The position numbers and the translations under genes were made by a program. The notes below the pieces were generated by a model that saw only the letters and a program-made list of their open reading frames with translations, did no database searches and was not told where the DNA came from. A stretch of 64,000 bases of DNA from a virus. Numbering within the stretch: position 1 is the stretch's first letter; the number at the start of each line of letters is the position of its first letter. This document shows, piece after piece, positions 9,057-18,318 of this stretch. The DNA lies in the IMG/VR virus record IMGVR_UViG_3300025168_000039, positions 42,895-106,894 of that record. One strand, 5' to 3'.

Positions 9057-11405
9057 CTATCGAGTGGAAGTGGGTACTATGTTAGAACCAGTAGGCGGGG
9101 TAGGCATTAGACTAGGAGGTTTCTCGCCCATTAGCCTTGTATATTCTGCTATTATTTTTTCTTTACTACCTAATAATATAGGATCATTTAATACTTTACC
9201 AGCAAAGATTACCGCAACCGAAGAATCTCTTTTTGCTGCAGCATCACCCATTAAAGCTTGAACAGTTGCAATATTCTGTTCTATAGTTGCTGCGTCTTGT
9301 TCGTTGTCAGTTGCATAAACTTTCAGTTGACCTTTATTGATTCTGGTTCCTATAACCCTTCCCTGATCATTTGCAATAGGCAGCATAAAGGGAAGACCCG
9401 AAACCATTTTTGGGGCAACCTGTCCAATAACAAACTTTCTTCTGTCCCGTTTACTTTTATTCTTATTATCATGTGCTTTAGCAGCAGCTTTCGCCCCAGC
9501 CGTCAATCTATCTGCTTGCTGTTCATGTATTTTGAGAGCAACATTAGCAACTCTAGTACTTGCCTCATCCACTGTTTTGGCTAAACGATCTTTATCACCA
9601 GTACTATCTATCTGTAGATTTAATCCAGCTATCTTACCCTGCCTCACTTGTTTAGCTTGAGCTTCTGTGATATTAGATATTCCGGCTAAGTTAGCTAACT
9701 CTTTATCTTTAATACCTTGTAAGTTTTTTCTCTTTTCTCTTAATAATTTTCTTTCATCTTTATAACTACCTCGTAAATCACTCAATGCTTTTGAATCTAG
9801 AAAGCCAGATGCTACTGCTTGAAGAGGAGTCTTACCAGCAGGGTCTGCTCCTAGTATACCAAGACCTCCCTTGATAAGAGCAAAGTATTTTTCTCTACTA
9901 AGATCGTCTTTTTCTTTATCATACGCTTCTGTTAGATCAGTTCTTCGTTTACCAAAATCAACATTCTTTAAAGCTTCTAAATAATCTTTACGCTCTTGAG
10001 TTTGGGTTGGTGTTAATAATGGGTTTATCTTACCTCTTATAGCTTCTCTCTGTCTTGCTGATTCTAATCGTCTATCAACCATATCTTTTTGAGTTCTTTG
10101 GTATGCGCTTAAAAAAGATTCTGGGTCTGGACCAACTGGAAGAATTGGTTGCATTGCATAGCCTTTATAAGGGTCTACACTAGGATCACCATAAATAGAA
10201 GTCGTTTGGCGACTACCAGCTATATTTCTAGGATTACCTACATTGCCAGCCTGTGCATATTTACCAATCTTACCACCATTAGCAAGACCAACAAGCCCAC
10301 CTTCTTTTTTACTAAAAGCTCCAAAAGCACCAGCCGTACCTAAAGCAGCTAAACCAAGACCTCCTATCTGTTGAAAGGCAGATGGAGTTGCAGTTGTTCC
10401 TGTATCTCTTTTAACTGTACTAGCAGGAATTGGTGCAGAATAACCTCTAATAATAGATTGATAATCTTGAAGAGTTCTTTCAGGAAAAGTTCTTGCAACT
10501 TCATATTCTTGTTGTGCAATATCCAATGCCTGTTGTCCAACACCTCTTCGTTGAGCGCCGGTAGTTTCAAGTGCTGTTAGTTCTCGCATAGTTTGGCCTG
10601 GAACAGCCGTAGCTAAAGAACCAAACTGTGATCCAGCACTTCTCTCTCTGTTTCTTTGTTGAGCAAGTCTATTCTGTGCATCTTCAAATGCCGCTGCTTG
10701 TCCCTTCGCTTGAATATCTCCCAACCTTTGTTGTAAATTTCTATTTGCTTCAGCCTCTAAAATCCCTTGTCGAGAACCTCCAAATGCTCCAGCGGCAACA
10801 GCCTTCTGTCCTATTCTTTGTCTCTCAACATCACCTGTTCTTTCAAGTTCTCTCTTTTGAATGTCAATTACATTTTGAATATAGGGATTCATAAACTGAC
10901 CAACAGATGCAGCATTAGGTGCTAATGCACTTGAGGCAGTTAAAGCTTCTGCTGTTCTAAAGTAAGGTTGACTTGCTCCTTGTAGATTTTGAACCCCTGC
11001 AAATGCTTGTTCTTGCTCTGGACTAAAGGAAGCAATACGAGGGCCAGCAAAGGGAACATAGCCTTCTTCTTCTCTTCTCTCTGATAGAGCTTTTGATTTT
11101 TCTAGAATATCCGTAACAAATGGTTTTAATTCATCAGGAATAGTTTCCTTCTGAATAGTACTTTGAGAAGGAGCAGGAGCAGAACCTCCACCTGGACTAC
11201 CACCCATGAACTGAATTAATCCTGTATTTGGATTGATTGTACCAGACCCACCCATGTCTCGAAGAACTTGCATTTCTTCAGTATTGACATGAGCTAGTTC
11301 AGTATCTCCTCCTATACCTTCACCAGAAAGATCAGTATATAAACAATTATATAACTCTATCTTTTCAGTTGTAGATAATTTAGAAACAATATTTTTTACA
11401 GACAT
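9057..11405 (-). CDS. Internal virion (DNA transfer/pilot-like) protein
   Basis: GDTELAHVN..GTINPNTGL N-term motif; NPYIQNV..GAFGGSRQG; Q/A/G-rich; likely start MSVKN at 11405. Confidence 0.65.
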   Translation of the reverse strand: MSVKNIVSKLSTTEKIELYNCLYTDLSGEGIGGDTELAHVNTEEMQVLRDMGGSGTINPNTGLIQFMGGSPGGGSAPAPSQSTIQKETIPDELKPFVTDILEKSKALSERREEEGYVPFAGPRIASFSPEQEQAFAGVQNLQGASQPYFRTAEALTASSALAPNAASVGQFMNPYIQNVIDIQKRELERTGDVERQRIGQKAVAAGAFGGSRQGILEAEANRNLQQRLGDIQAKGQAAAFEDAQNRLAQQRNRERSAGSQFGSLATAVPGQTMRELTALETTGAQRRGVGQQALDIAQQEYEVARTFPERTLQDYQSIIRGYSAPIPASTVKRDTGTTATPSAFQQIGGLGLAALGTAGAFGAFSKKEGGLVGLANGGKIGKYAQAGNVGNPRNIAGSRQTTSIYGDPSVDPYKGYAMQPILPVGPDPESFLSAYQRTQKDMVDRRLESARQREAIRGKINPLLTPTQTQERKDYLEALKNVDFGKRRTDLTEAYDKEKDDLSREKYFALIKGGLGILGADPAGKTPLQAVASGFLDSKALSDLRGSYKDERKLLREKRKNLQGIKDKELANLAGISNITEAQAKQVRQGKIAGLNLQIDSTGDKDRLAKTVDEASTRVANVALKIHEQQADRLTAGAKAAAKAHDNKNKSKRDRRKFVIGQVAPKMVSGLPFMLPIANDQGRVIGTRINKGQLKVYATDNEQDAATIEQNIATVQALMGDAAAKRDSSVAVIFAGKVLNDPILLGSKEKIIAEYTRLMGEKPPSLMPTPPTGSNIVPTSTR

Positions 11406-11406
11406 T

Positions 11407-11835
11407 CTATAGTTCCCTCGTAATAACTGTTGTATATTTTTTAAAATCATATTTAGGTGTAAACTTTAACCAGCCATCTCTAGCATATCCTTCAAGTCTT
11501 TTTACACCTTGTTCTCTTGCAAACTTAATAATAGGAGAATCTTCACTCATTCCATAATCAAACCATTTATGAAGTGTGTGAGACTTCGTTCCAATGTAAG
11601 GCATTGCTAAAACTTTATACTGTGGAAAAGTAATAAGTTGTGTTATGCAAATTCCTAAGATACCATCTTCTTCATCTGCACCTACCCAAAGTTGTAAGTA
11701 ATCACCTAATAACTCTTTGTAGATATCATTTAAATCTTTTTCCCCTTGAGTTCTTTTTAAAGGTTTTTCTATAAACTCAACAACATGAGGCCATGTTACA
11801 TCAACACAGTTAGGTTCAATTTTTATTAACTTCAA
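11407..11835 (-). CDS. Virion-associated GNAT-like protein
   Basis: QLWV..GICITQLITFPQYKVL..FAREQGVKRLEGYARDGW; position among internal virion genes. Confidence 0.5.
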   Translation of the reverse strand: MKLIKIEPNCVDVTWPHVVEFIEKPLKRTQGEKDLNDIYKELLGDYLQLWVGADEEDGILGICITQLITFPQYKVLAMPYIGTKSHTLHKWFDYGMSEDSPIIKFAREQGVKRLEGYARDGWLKFTPKYDFKKYTTVITREL

Positions 11836-11838
11836 TTT

Positions 11839-12525
11839 TTAATCACCGCCTGAGTCGTAATCGTCCTCTGGCTCTATAATTGGCGCTCCGGCTTTTGGCG
11901 CTCTAATGTCTTCATCACTTTGCACTTCTTCAACTGGCCCTTCTACAAGTGATCCTGGTTGAATAGATCGAGATAAATCTCCAAGAGACTGCCTACTATC
12001 CTCTGCCGCTTTTATATAACTATCTAAATAACCTGAACCACTAGCAGTATTACCTGTATCATATACAATAGGTGTATATGCAGGAGAGAATAAACTATAA
12101 ATTCCTCTGTCTGGTAATGTTGTTCTTCCTGATCCTTTACCTCCCGAAGTAGGATTAGTTCCTTGAGGAGGAGAAGCATTTACTGCATCAAAAGGAGAGC
12201 GTTCTATACTTGTAACAGGAGGTATAGGTAGATTAGGTGGAGTACCAAGAACAATTGATCGACCATCACCAATTGGATCAGAAGGCTGATTAACTGGGGG
12301 TTGATCTCCTACAAAACCTGTTGGAGAAATAGGAATAGATGAAAGTCCACCTCCTGCTGCAGAGGCATTAACCGCATCAAAAGGAGATCGTTGTATACTA
12401 GTTACAGGAACTGGAGATGCAATCGCTGGCTGTACAGTTGGTACACCATTGATAAACTGCTGCGAAGGAGTAGTCTGCCCTGTATCTTGTAAATATTGTT
12501 GTTGCTCACTAGTAAGAACTGCCAT
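11839..12525 (-). CDS. Pro/Ser-rich low-complexity protein
   Basis: Internal duplication PVTSI(Q/E)RSPFDAVNAS; tightly packed in operon. Confidence 0.65.
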   Translation of the reverse strand: MAVLTSEQQQYLQDTGQTTPSQQFINGVPTVQPAIASPVPVTSIQRSPFDAVNASAAGGGLSSIPISPTGFVGDQPPVNQPSDPIGDGRSIVLGTPPNLPIPPVTSIERSPFDAVNASPPQGTNPTSGGKGSGRTTLPDRGIYSLFSPAYTPIVYDTGNTASGSGYLDSYIKAAEDSRQSLGDLSRSIQPGSLVEGPVEEVQSDEDIRAPKAGAPIIEPEDDYDSGGD

Positions 12526-12534
12526 AACTTAATC

Positions 12535-14760
12535 CTATGCTAAAAATGATTCTAAGCCCTGTTTAATAGGCTTCTGCTGTTTTTTATTTCCTGTTGCTTT
12601 ATGTCTTATGTTTTTAACAAAACCATCTAACTTCTTTGCACCTGAAGTAGAAGACCCACTTCCTATCATAGCAACTGTATCTGCAGGTATAACATATTCA
12701 TCTGGACTTAATAAAGCCATATCAGGATTATCACCTTCTACTTCAAATAAAACTTGATCTGATTGTCCATCTCCAGGTCCAATTACTTTACCTTCGAAGT
12801 ATTGTCCAATCCCTCCTCCTTTATTATAAAGTTCGACATCAGGAATCCGATGAAACATATTTAAACTTTCTTCCATTCGTCTTTCTATGTGAGGTACTCC
12901 AGGACGTAAAAAAAGATCTGATATAGCTTTAGCTCTATCTTCTACTGCTCCCATTCCTTTACCTAATAAAATTTTTCTTAGCCTTTGTCTATTTCCTGGA
13001 CCAGCATCATATGGAAGTACTCCTTCTCCTTCAGTACTAGTCATTTGTTCATGGGCATATTCCATTTGATTTTGTTCATTATTTGGTAATTTATTATCTT
13101 TTAGATATCTTTTATAATCTTTCTGTCTACCTTGTGTAAATTGAAACAAGCCCAGACCTTGATTTAATCCTTTTTTCTTTCCACTCTCTCTTTGAGTACC
13201 TTTAAAGGTAGGTGCCTCAACTGCTATATTACCCATAATAGCAGCTATGCTTTCACTAGGATACTTTTTTTCTTTATAAAAATCATAAACTACTTTTTGT
13301 TTAGGAGTAAAAGAATTTTTTTTTGAGCCATTGCGGGGAGTACCCCCATTAGCAAGGCCAATAAGACCACCTTTATTAAACCCGAAATCTGCTCCAACAT
13401 TAAAACCATCTCCTCCTTGACCATAAGGTGTAGCGATAGCTCCAGGGTCTTGATTTACCTGTCCTACCATAGCATTTAATGTTGCTCCACCTACTGCATC
13501 CGAAATAAATTTATCAACTTCCGATGCTGCTTTCTTCTTCTGTAAAATTTCTTCTTCTTTTCTTTTATTTTCTGAATCAACCGTTTCTTCTTCGACAACT
13601 GTATCGGTTTCTTCTACAGCCACTTCACCTCCTTCAGCTAATGTAACTGTATCATCATCAACATATCTAAATGGTGTTAAGCCTTGGCTAATCCCACCTT
13701 CTAAAGCAAGTCTAGTATAATCTTCTTGTGTAAAACCTTCTTGAGTAGGTTCACCACCTTCTAGGCGTAAAGGTCTACGAGTATATGTATCTTCTAATGC
13801 AGCTAAACCTCCATCTGCATTAGGATCAAATTCTGGAGGAGTCATCACAGCTTCCATCGCACCAAATGCTAGAGGAGTATAGGTTGATGGTCTTTGCAGT
13901 AATGCACCTGCCATTTGAGTAGTTGTTAGTGGTGCCCCACCCGCTTGTTCTAAAGCTTTTTGAGCAGCCACCGCACCTTTTATGCCAAAGTCTCTAACAA
14001 ATGTTGTTGCTGGAATATTTTGACCAGCAGCAAATGGGGCAGCATAGGCGACTCCTGATTGTTTAGCTATTTCTGCAGTAACAGGAACCGTTTGAAATCC
14101 TTGTGATGCACCTGCCATTTGAGTAGTTGTTAGTGGTGCCTGACCCGCTGCCGGGAAAAAGGATGGTGATACTGGTCCCACAGATACTGGTCCCATGTTT
14201 GAAAGAGCCGTTCCAGCATTTGCTCCTGCAGAAGCAACATTAGTACCAGTTTGAAGTCCTTGTGAAGTTAGTGCCTGATTAGATGCCTGTTGTGCTGCTG
14301 CTGTAGAAGCACCTTCAACGCCAAGTCCTGCTTCTAATGCAGCCGAACTTGGACCCATCATACCTGTCATAACACCAGCGGTAGCACCAGATATTAAACC
14401 ACCTACAAGAGCATCAGTTGGTGATTGACCTGCCGCAAGTCCACCAGCAAATGAACCAACACCAGCACCAACACCAGCACCGGCAGCAGCACCAAAAGCA
14501 CTACCTCCAAATGCTGTACCAAGACCCGGACCAAGCAATACAGTACCAGCAATCGCACCTACGGCTGGTAACAATGATCTAAAATTAAAAGCTTCTGGTA
14601 ATCCCGTTTCTGGATTTACAGTTAGTTGGCCCATACTAGATAGACCAGCTAATTCATCTGGGCGCACATGCAACAGTTCTGTATCACCATACCGTCCTTG
14701 CGCAGCCATTAGCCCTGCTATGCCACTATACGGAGCCTCTTGATTCCTCATCGCTACCAT
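12535..14760 (-). CDS. Internal virion protein with embedded phage tail-lysozyme domain
   Basis: GRYGDTELLHV..NPETGLPEAF N-term; Gly/Ala hydrophobic stretch; IAAIMGNIAVE..GLGLFQFT lysozyme-like motif; GPGDGQSD..EYVIPADTV C-term. Confidence 0.7.
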   Translation of the reverse strand: MVAMRNQEAPYSGIAGLMAAQGRYGDTELLHVRPDELAGLSSMGQLTVNPETGLPEAFNFRSLLPAVGAIAGTVLLGPGLGTAFGGSAFGAAAGAGVGAGVGSFAGGLAAGQSPTDALVGGLISGATAGVMTGMMGPSSAALEAGLGVEGASTAAAQQASNQALTSQGLQTGTNVASAGANAGTALSNMGPVSVGPVSPSFFPAAGQAPLTTTQMAGASQGFQTVPVTAEIAKQSGVAYAAPFAAGQNIPATTFVRDFGIKGAVAAQKALEQAGGAPLTTTQMAGALLQRPSTYTPLAFGAMEAVMTPPEFDPNADGGLAALEDTYTRRPLRLEGGEPTQEGFTQEDYTRLALEGGISQGLTPFRYVDDDTVTLAEGGEVAVEETDTVVEEETVDSENKRKEEEILQKKKAASEVDKFISDAVGGATLNAMVGQVNQDPGAIATPYGQGGDGFNVGADFGFNKGGLIGLANGGTPRNGSKKNSFTPKQKVVYDFYKEKKYPSESIAAIMGNIAVEAPTFKGTQRESGKKKGLNQGLGLFQFTQGRQKDYKRYLKDNKLPNNEQNQMEYAHEQMTSTEGEGVLPYDAGPGNRQRLRKILLGKGMGAVEDRAKAISDLFLRPGVPHIERRMEESLNMFHRIPDVELYNKGGGIGQYFEGKVIGPGDGQSDQVLFEVEGDNPDMALLSPDEYVIPADTVAMIGSGSSTSGAKKLDGFVKNIRHKATGNKKQQKPIKQGLESFLA

Positions 14761-14787
14761 TTATAATTCTCCAAGTTAGATTTGTAT

Positions 14788-14816
14788 ATTATACAATAAA
14801 AATAAGTTCAGTGCAA
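14788..14816 (-). promoter_or_regulatory. sigma70-type promoter for internal virion genes
   Basis: TTGCAC-17nt-TATAAT on - strand in intergenic gap. Confidence 0.7.
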
Positions 14817-14818
14817 AA

Positions 14819-15094
14819 TTAATTAAAGTTTACCCAACCAGTACCGCCTACATATCCTTTAAACTTTCCAGTACTTGCGGAATATGCTACATCTCCACTT
14901 GCTGGTCTTCCTATTTCATTTACACTAACAACAGAATAAATTTTAGTTGATGGTGAAGATTCAATCTCTATATCTCTACTCTCTAATAAAAACTTTATCT
15001 CTGATGCCCATGAATTAATATCATTATATAGTTGACGTAATTCGTCATTTGTAATATTATAATTAACAGAGAAGTTAGGATAAGAAAAAGACAT
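14819..15094 (-). CDS. Small tail-associated protein
   Basis: GDVAYSASTGKFKGYVGGTGW C-term, as in fiber/needle-like modules; coupled to upstream gene. Confidence 0.55.
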   Translation of the reverse strand: MSFSYPNFSVNYNITNDELRQLYNDINSWASEIKFLLESRDIEIESSPSTKIYSVVSVNEIGRPASGDVAYSASTGKFKGYVGGTGWVNFN

Positions 15095-16980
15095 TACCTT
15101 TTACCTGCTGGTTGAATAGCTACTCGAACACTACCCCATTTCCAAGATGTATTTAAATCAGATGTTGATACTCTAAAATTAGCCTGTCTTCCTCTTGCTC
15201 TCATGTCAATTTTTTGTGTAGCATCTGTTATATCAAAGGGACCAATCTCTTTTGTAGTTCCTGCAGGATAATCTTTTATATTAATTGAAAATTTAATTGT
15301 ACCCGTATTAATATCATAATCAGGAATAATCTTATCAATAAACATAATATCATCACCATCACCTATATCGATATCAGCACTCTCAATAAATGATGTTAGT
15401 GGTTGATTGTTACCAGAGAATACAGAAGTTGGTTCATTATACCAAATAAACTGTGGGTTAGTTGCTGAAACATTTCCAGTTACTGCTCCTGTAGCAATAG
15501 TGTTAAGAAATACTGAGTCATCAATAAAAGTTGTATAGAAGTTAGAACCATAGACCCAAGTATTTTCCATGTAGTTATATATTACATAACTATCTGGTTC
15601 ATTAGACCCAGACTTTGGATATAACCAAATGATCTCATGGAACTCTGAATTAAGACCAGCAAACACTTTAGATTTTTGAGTCATATTAAAATCGTCATAT
15701 AGATATCTACGAATAGTACAATCTAATTTTTTAACTGAACCATCGAACATAAAGAAGTCTGTGTCACCCATCCAATATGTTCTACCCCCTACATCAATAG
15801 CTGCATGTGATCCTATCAAGCCACAGTTTGTACCGACTTGAGACATTCTAAATATAAAGGGAGGACCAACAAATTGCAGAGTATAAAGAGCATTATCTGT
15901 ATAAACTAGAATTGCATTACGTCCTCGTACACCACCAACAATTCTAGTACCATCAATAAGTTGAAGCTCACCTGATGTAGATGATACTGAAGGAATCCAG
16001 TTAGCATAATCTTCTTGATCTGACCATCTTACAAGAAGAGGATTAAAGACTGATGTTGCAAACTCTTCTGTTCCAAGAGCAATCACATGACGATCATTAG
16101 GAGATATAACAATACTATTAATTTTTGATGGTGCAGTACCCACAACAGAAGACCTAACCGGCGCTAAACTTGCATTAGCGTCCCAATGAATTAAGTTTCC
16201 TCCTTGTCTAGCAGCAAGTAAATCTTCACCAAAGTTATCTAAAGACCACTGTGTTCCTAAGAAAATAATGTTAGAAGATTCTGCTGGTTGATTCCAAGCT
16301 CTTTCTCCTGTCGCTGAAACACCCGCATTATATATACCTGCACCATATCCCAATCCTTGAATTGGATTTGATTGACCTGTAGCTAAAAGAAAGAAAGCAA
16401 TACCTGAACCCTGATTTGATTCTGTACTAGCGGCTACACTAGTTACACTAATAAAAAAGTTATTTACTCCTTGAACACTTACTACTTCAAATGTAGGTCC
16501 ACCAAATGAAGATACAGAAAAATCTAGTCCGTTTGTGGTAAAACCGTTAATAGAAGTATTAGAAAACTCAACGTAATCTCCGACGTTTCTTCCATTATTA
16601 TTAGAACTAACCTCAATTAAAGGAGAGCCAGCAGCCGTATCAAAACTCCCTGCACTCCCTAAGTTACCAATACTAACTGTACTAACTACTGGTGTTATAT
16701 CATAAGGATAATCATTATAAACAACATATAATTTACTTTCAGTACCATAACCTAAAAGTTTTTCTGTATTATTATTTGTCCAGGCAAGTAAATCTCTAGC
16801 AGTTCCGGTAAAAGAAGTATCAATAAATTTTTGATATCCTCTTAAATTTTCAGGCTTACCTTCTCGAAAGCGTACTCGATCTCCATCAAACCATTTACCT
16901 TCCTCAGAATACTGAGTAGACTCACGGTGAAATCCCGGCTTTAAATTTAATTTTTGTAATTTAGAAAGAGTAGAGGCCAT
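15094..16980 (-). CDS. Tail tubular/nozzle protein (P22 gp10/T7 gp12-like)
   Basis: LKPGF..WFDGDRVRFREG, WSLDNFGEDL, VRWSDQE, RARGRQ; beta-propeller-like. Confidence 0.75.
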   Translation of the reverse strand: MASTLSKLQKLNLKPGFHRESTQYSEEGKWFDGDRVRFREGKPENLRGYQKFIDTSFTGTARDLLAWTNNNTEKLLGYGTESKLYVVYNDYPYDITPVVSTVSIGNLGSAGSFDTAAGSPLIEVSSNNNGRNVGDYVEFSNTSINGFTTNGLDFSVSSFGGPTFEVVSVQGVNNFFISVTSVAASTESNQGSGIAFFLLATGQSNPIQGLGYGAGIYNAGVSATGERAWNQPAESSNIIFLGTQWSLDNFGEDLLAARQGGNLIHWDANASLAPVRSSVVGTAPSKINSIVISPNDRHVIALGTEEFATSVFNPLLVRWSDQEDYANWIPSVSSTSGELQLIDGTRIVGGVRGRNAILVYTDNALYTLQFVGPPFIFRMSQVGTNCGLIGSHAAIDVGGRTYWMGDTDFFMFDGSVKKLDCTIRRYLYDDFNMTQKSKVFAGLNSEFHEIIWLYPKSGSNEPDSYVIYNYMENTWVYGSNFYTTFIDDSVFLNTIATGAVTGNVSATNPQFIWYNEPTSVFSGNNQPLTSFIESADIDIGDGDDIMFIDKIIPDYDINTGTIKFSINIKDYPAGTTKEIGPFDITDATQKIDMRARGRQANFRVSTSDLNTSWKWGSVRVAIQPAGKR

Positions 16981-16986
16981 ATGCTT

Positions 16987-17961
16987 TTATCCAAATGAAG
17001 AAACTAAAATCATATCAATAGCACTAACGCCTCGTACATTGTATACCAACATATCAACAGCACTAGCTACTGTAGACAATACAGGAACTTCTGCATCAGG
17101 GAAATTATAACTATTCCCATAAGACAATGTTCTTGATCCAGTACCGTCTTGAAAAACATAAATAAATCCACTTTGTCCTGGCTGGGCATTAGCACCATTT
17201 CCAAGTGTTCTATTACCTGCTAAAGAAACAAAGAATGTTGTTGCTGTAGATAAGTCTAAAGCAATTGAAGCAGCATCTGTAAGTGTAACCGGAGGTATAA
17301 CTAGCTGACCACTAAAAGTTGCTGTAGAAACAAACGTAGCAGGACCATTAACGCAGACATCTGCAGTAAATAATGCACTAGATACTTGCATTGAATTAGC
17401 AGCTATTGAAGTTACAAATATATTTGTTGCTGAAACACTTGTTGCAAAACCAACAGCAGATGCAAAGGCAACTGCCTTATTAAAAGTATTTGCTTCAGTA
17501 AAAGTATTTGCTACAGAGAGTTTTGCAAAACCTGTAGTTGTATCTGCAGTTAAATAATCTAAACCAAAAACAGATACAGTATCACATAAGAACATCTTTC
17601 TACTACCAGCAGCAACAGTACTGCCTGTACCCGCTGCTGTTTTTAATGTAATAGCTGCAGAATTTTGTCTGGTTGTTTTATCATTAATAACATAACTCTT
17701 TGACTTTTGTGGAACAAGAACATTTAGACTAGCAGAGACTGTTCCTGAAAGTTCAAGAAAAGGACTGCGAGATTGATCTGTTGTTCCGTCATTAGCTGTT
17801 AGAGTTACATCTGCACTAGATACAACAACTGTCGTATAAGCAGCAATAGCTTCGTCTACTAGATCAATAACATTTTGATTTAAAACTGTACCCCAGCTAT
17901 TAGGATTTTCTCCATCTCCCTGCTTCTCTAGTCTAATCCTAGTTGTGTAACTACTTACCAT
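16987..17961 (-). CDS. Tail fiber/appendage protein
   Basis: SSYTTRIRLEKQGDGENPNSWG N-term; QDGTGSRTL C-terminal fiber module. Confidence 0.7.
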   Translation of the reverse strand: MVSSYTTRIRLEKQGDGENPNSWGTVLNQNVIDLVDEAIAAYTTVVVSSADVTLTANDGTTDQSRSPFLELSGTVSASLNVLVPQKSKSYVINDKTTRQNSAAITLKTAAGTGSTVAAGSRKMFLCDTVSVFGLDYLTADTTTGFAKLSVANTFTEANTFNKAVAFASAVGFATSVSATNIFVTSIAANSMQVSSALFTADVCVNGPATFVSTATFSGQLVIPPVTLTDAASIALDLSTATTFFVSLAGNRTLGNGANAQPGQSGFIYVFQDGTGSRTLSYGNSYNFPDAEVPVLSTVASAVDMLVYNVRGVSAIDMILVSSFG

Positions 17962-17963
17962 TC

Positions 17964-18302
17964 TTATATTCCTTTTTCATTCTCTAAAACTATTGTGTAA
18001 ACTTCTATACCTCCAAGAAGTAAAACCTTTCTAAGACTAAAAAGTCTTCCTTGTGTGTCTACAAAATTATTATACATTGTATTTGTTATTCCTGGAATAG
18101 GTTCTTCGTTAAATACACACTCACCTTCTATAAGATATTTTCTAAGAACATAGTGATAATCTTCTTCTGATACTGTTTGTGATTCTGCTATTGATACAAT
18201 AGCTTCTTCAGAACGACAAAAATTCCAAATTAAAACATCATGATGTGCATTAGCAACAGAAGTTGTTAAGAATACCATTAAAAAAATTATATATTTTATC
18301 AT
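17964..18302 (-). CDS. Hypothetical protein with signal peptide
   Basis: MIKYIIFLMVFLTTSVANA signal-like N-term from ATG 18302. Confidence 0.55.
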   Translation of the reverse strand: MIKYIIFLMVFLTTSVANAHHDVLIWNFCRSEEAIVSIAESQTVSEEDYHYVLRKYLIEGECVFNEEPIPGITNTMYNNFVDTQGRLFSLRKVLLLGGIEVYTIVLENEKGI

Positions 18303-18318
18303 TGTAATCAGCTTTATA

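Noticed and set aside
5826-10894. Numerous short + strand ORFs opposite the large virion genes (also 26451, 27277, 30330, 60554-63826)
   Set aside because: Antisense shadows of long - strand genes, with no RBS or recognisable motifs
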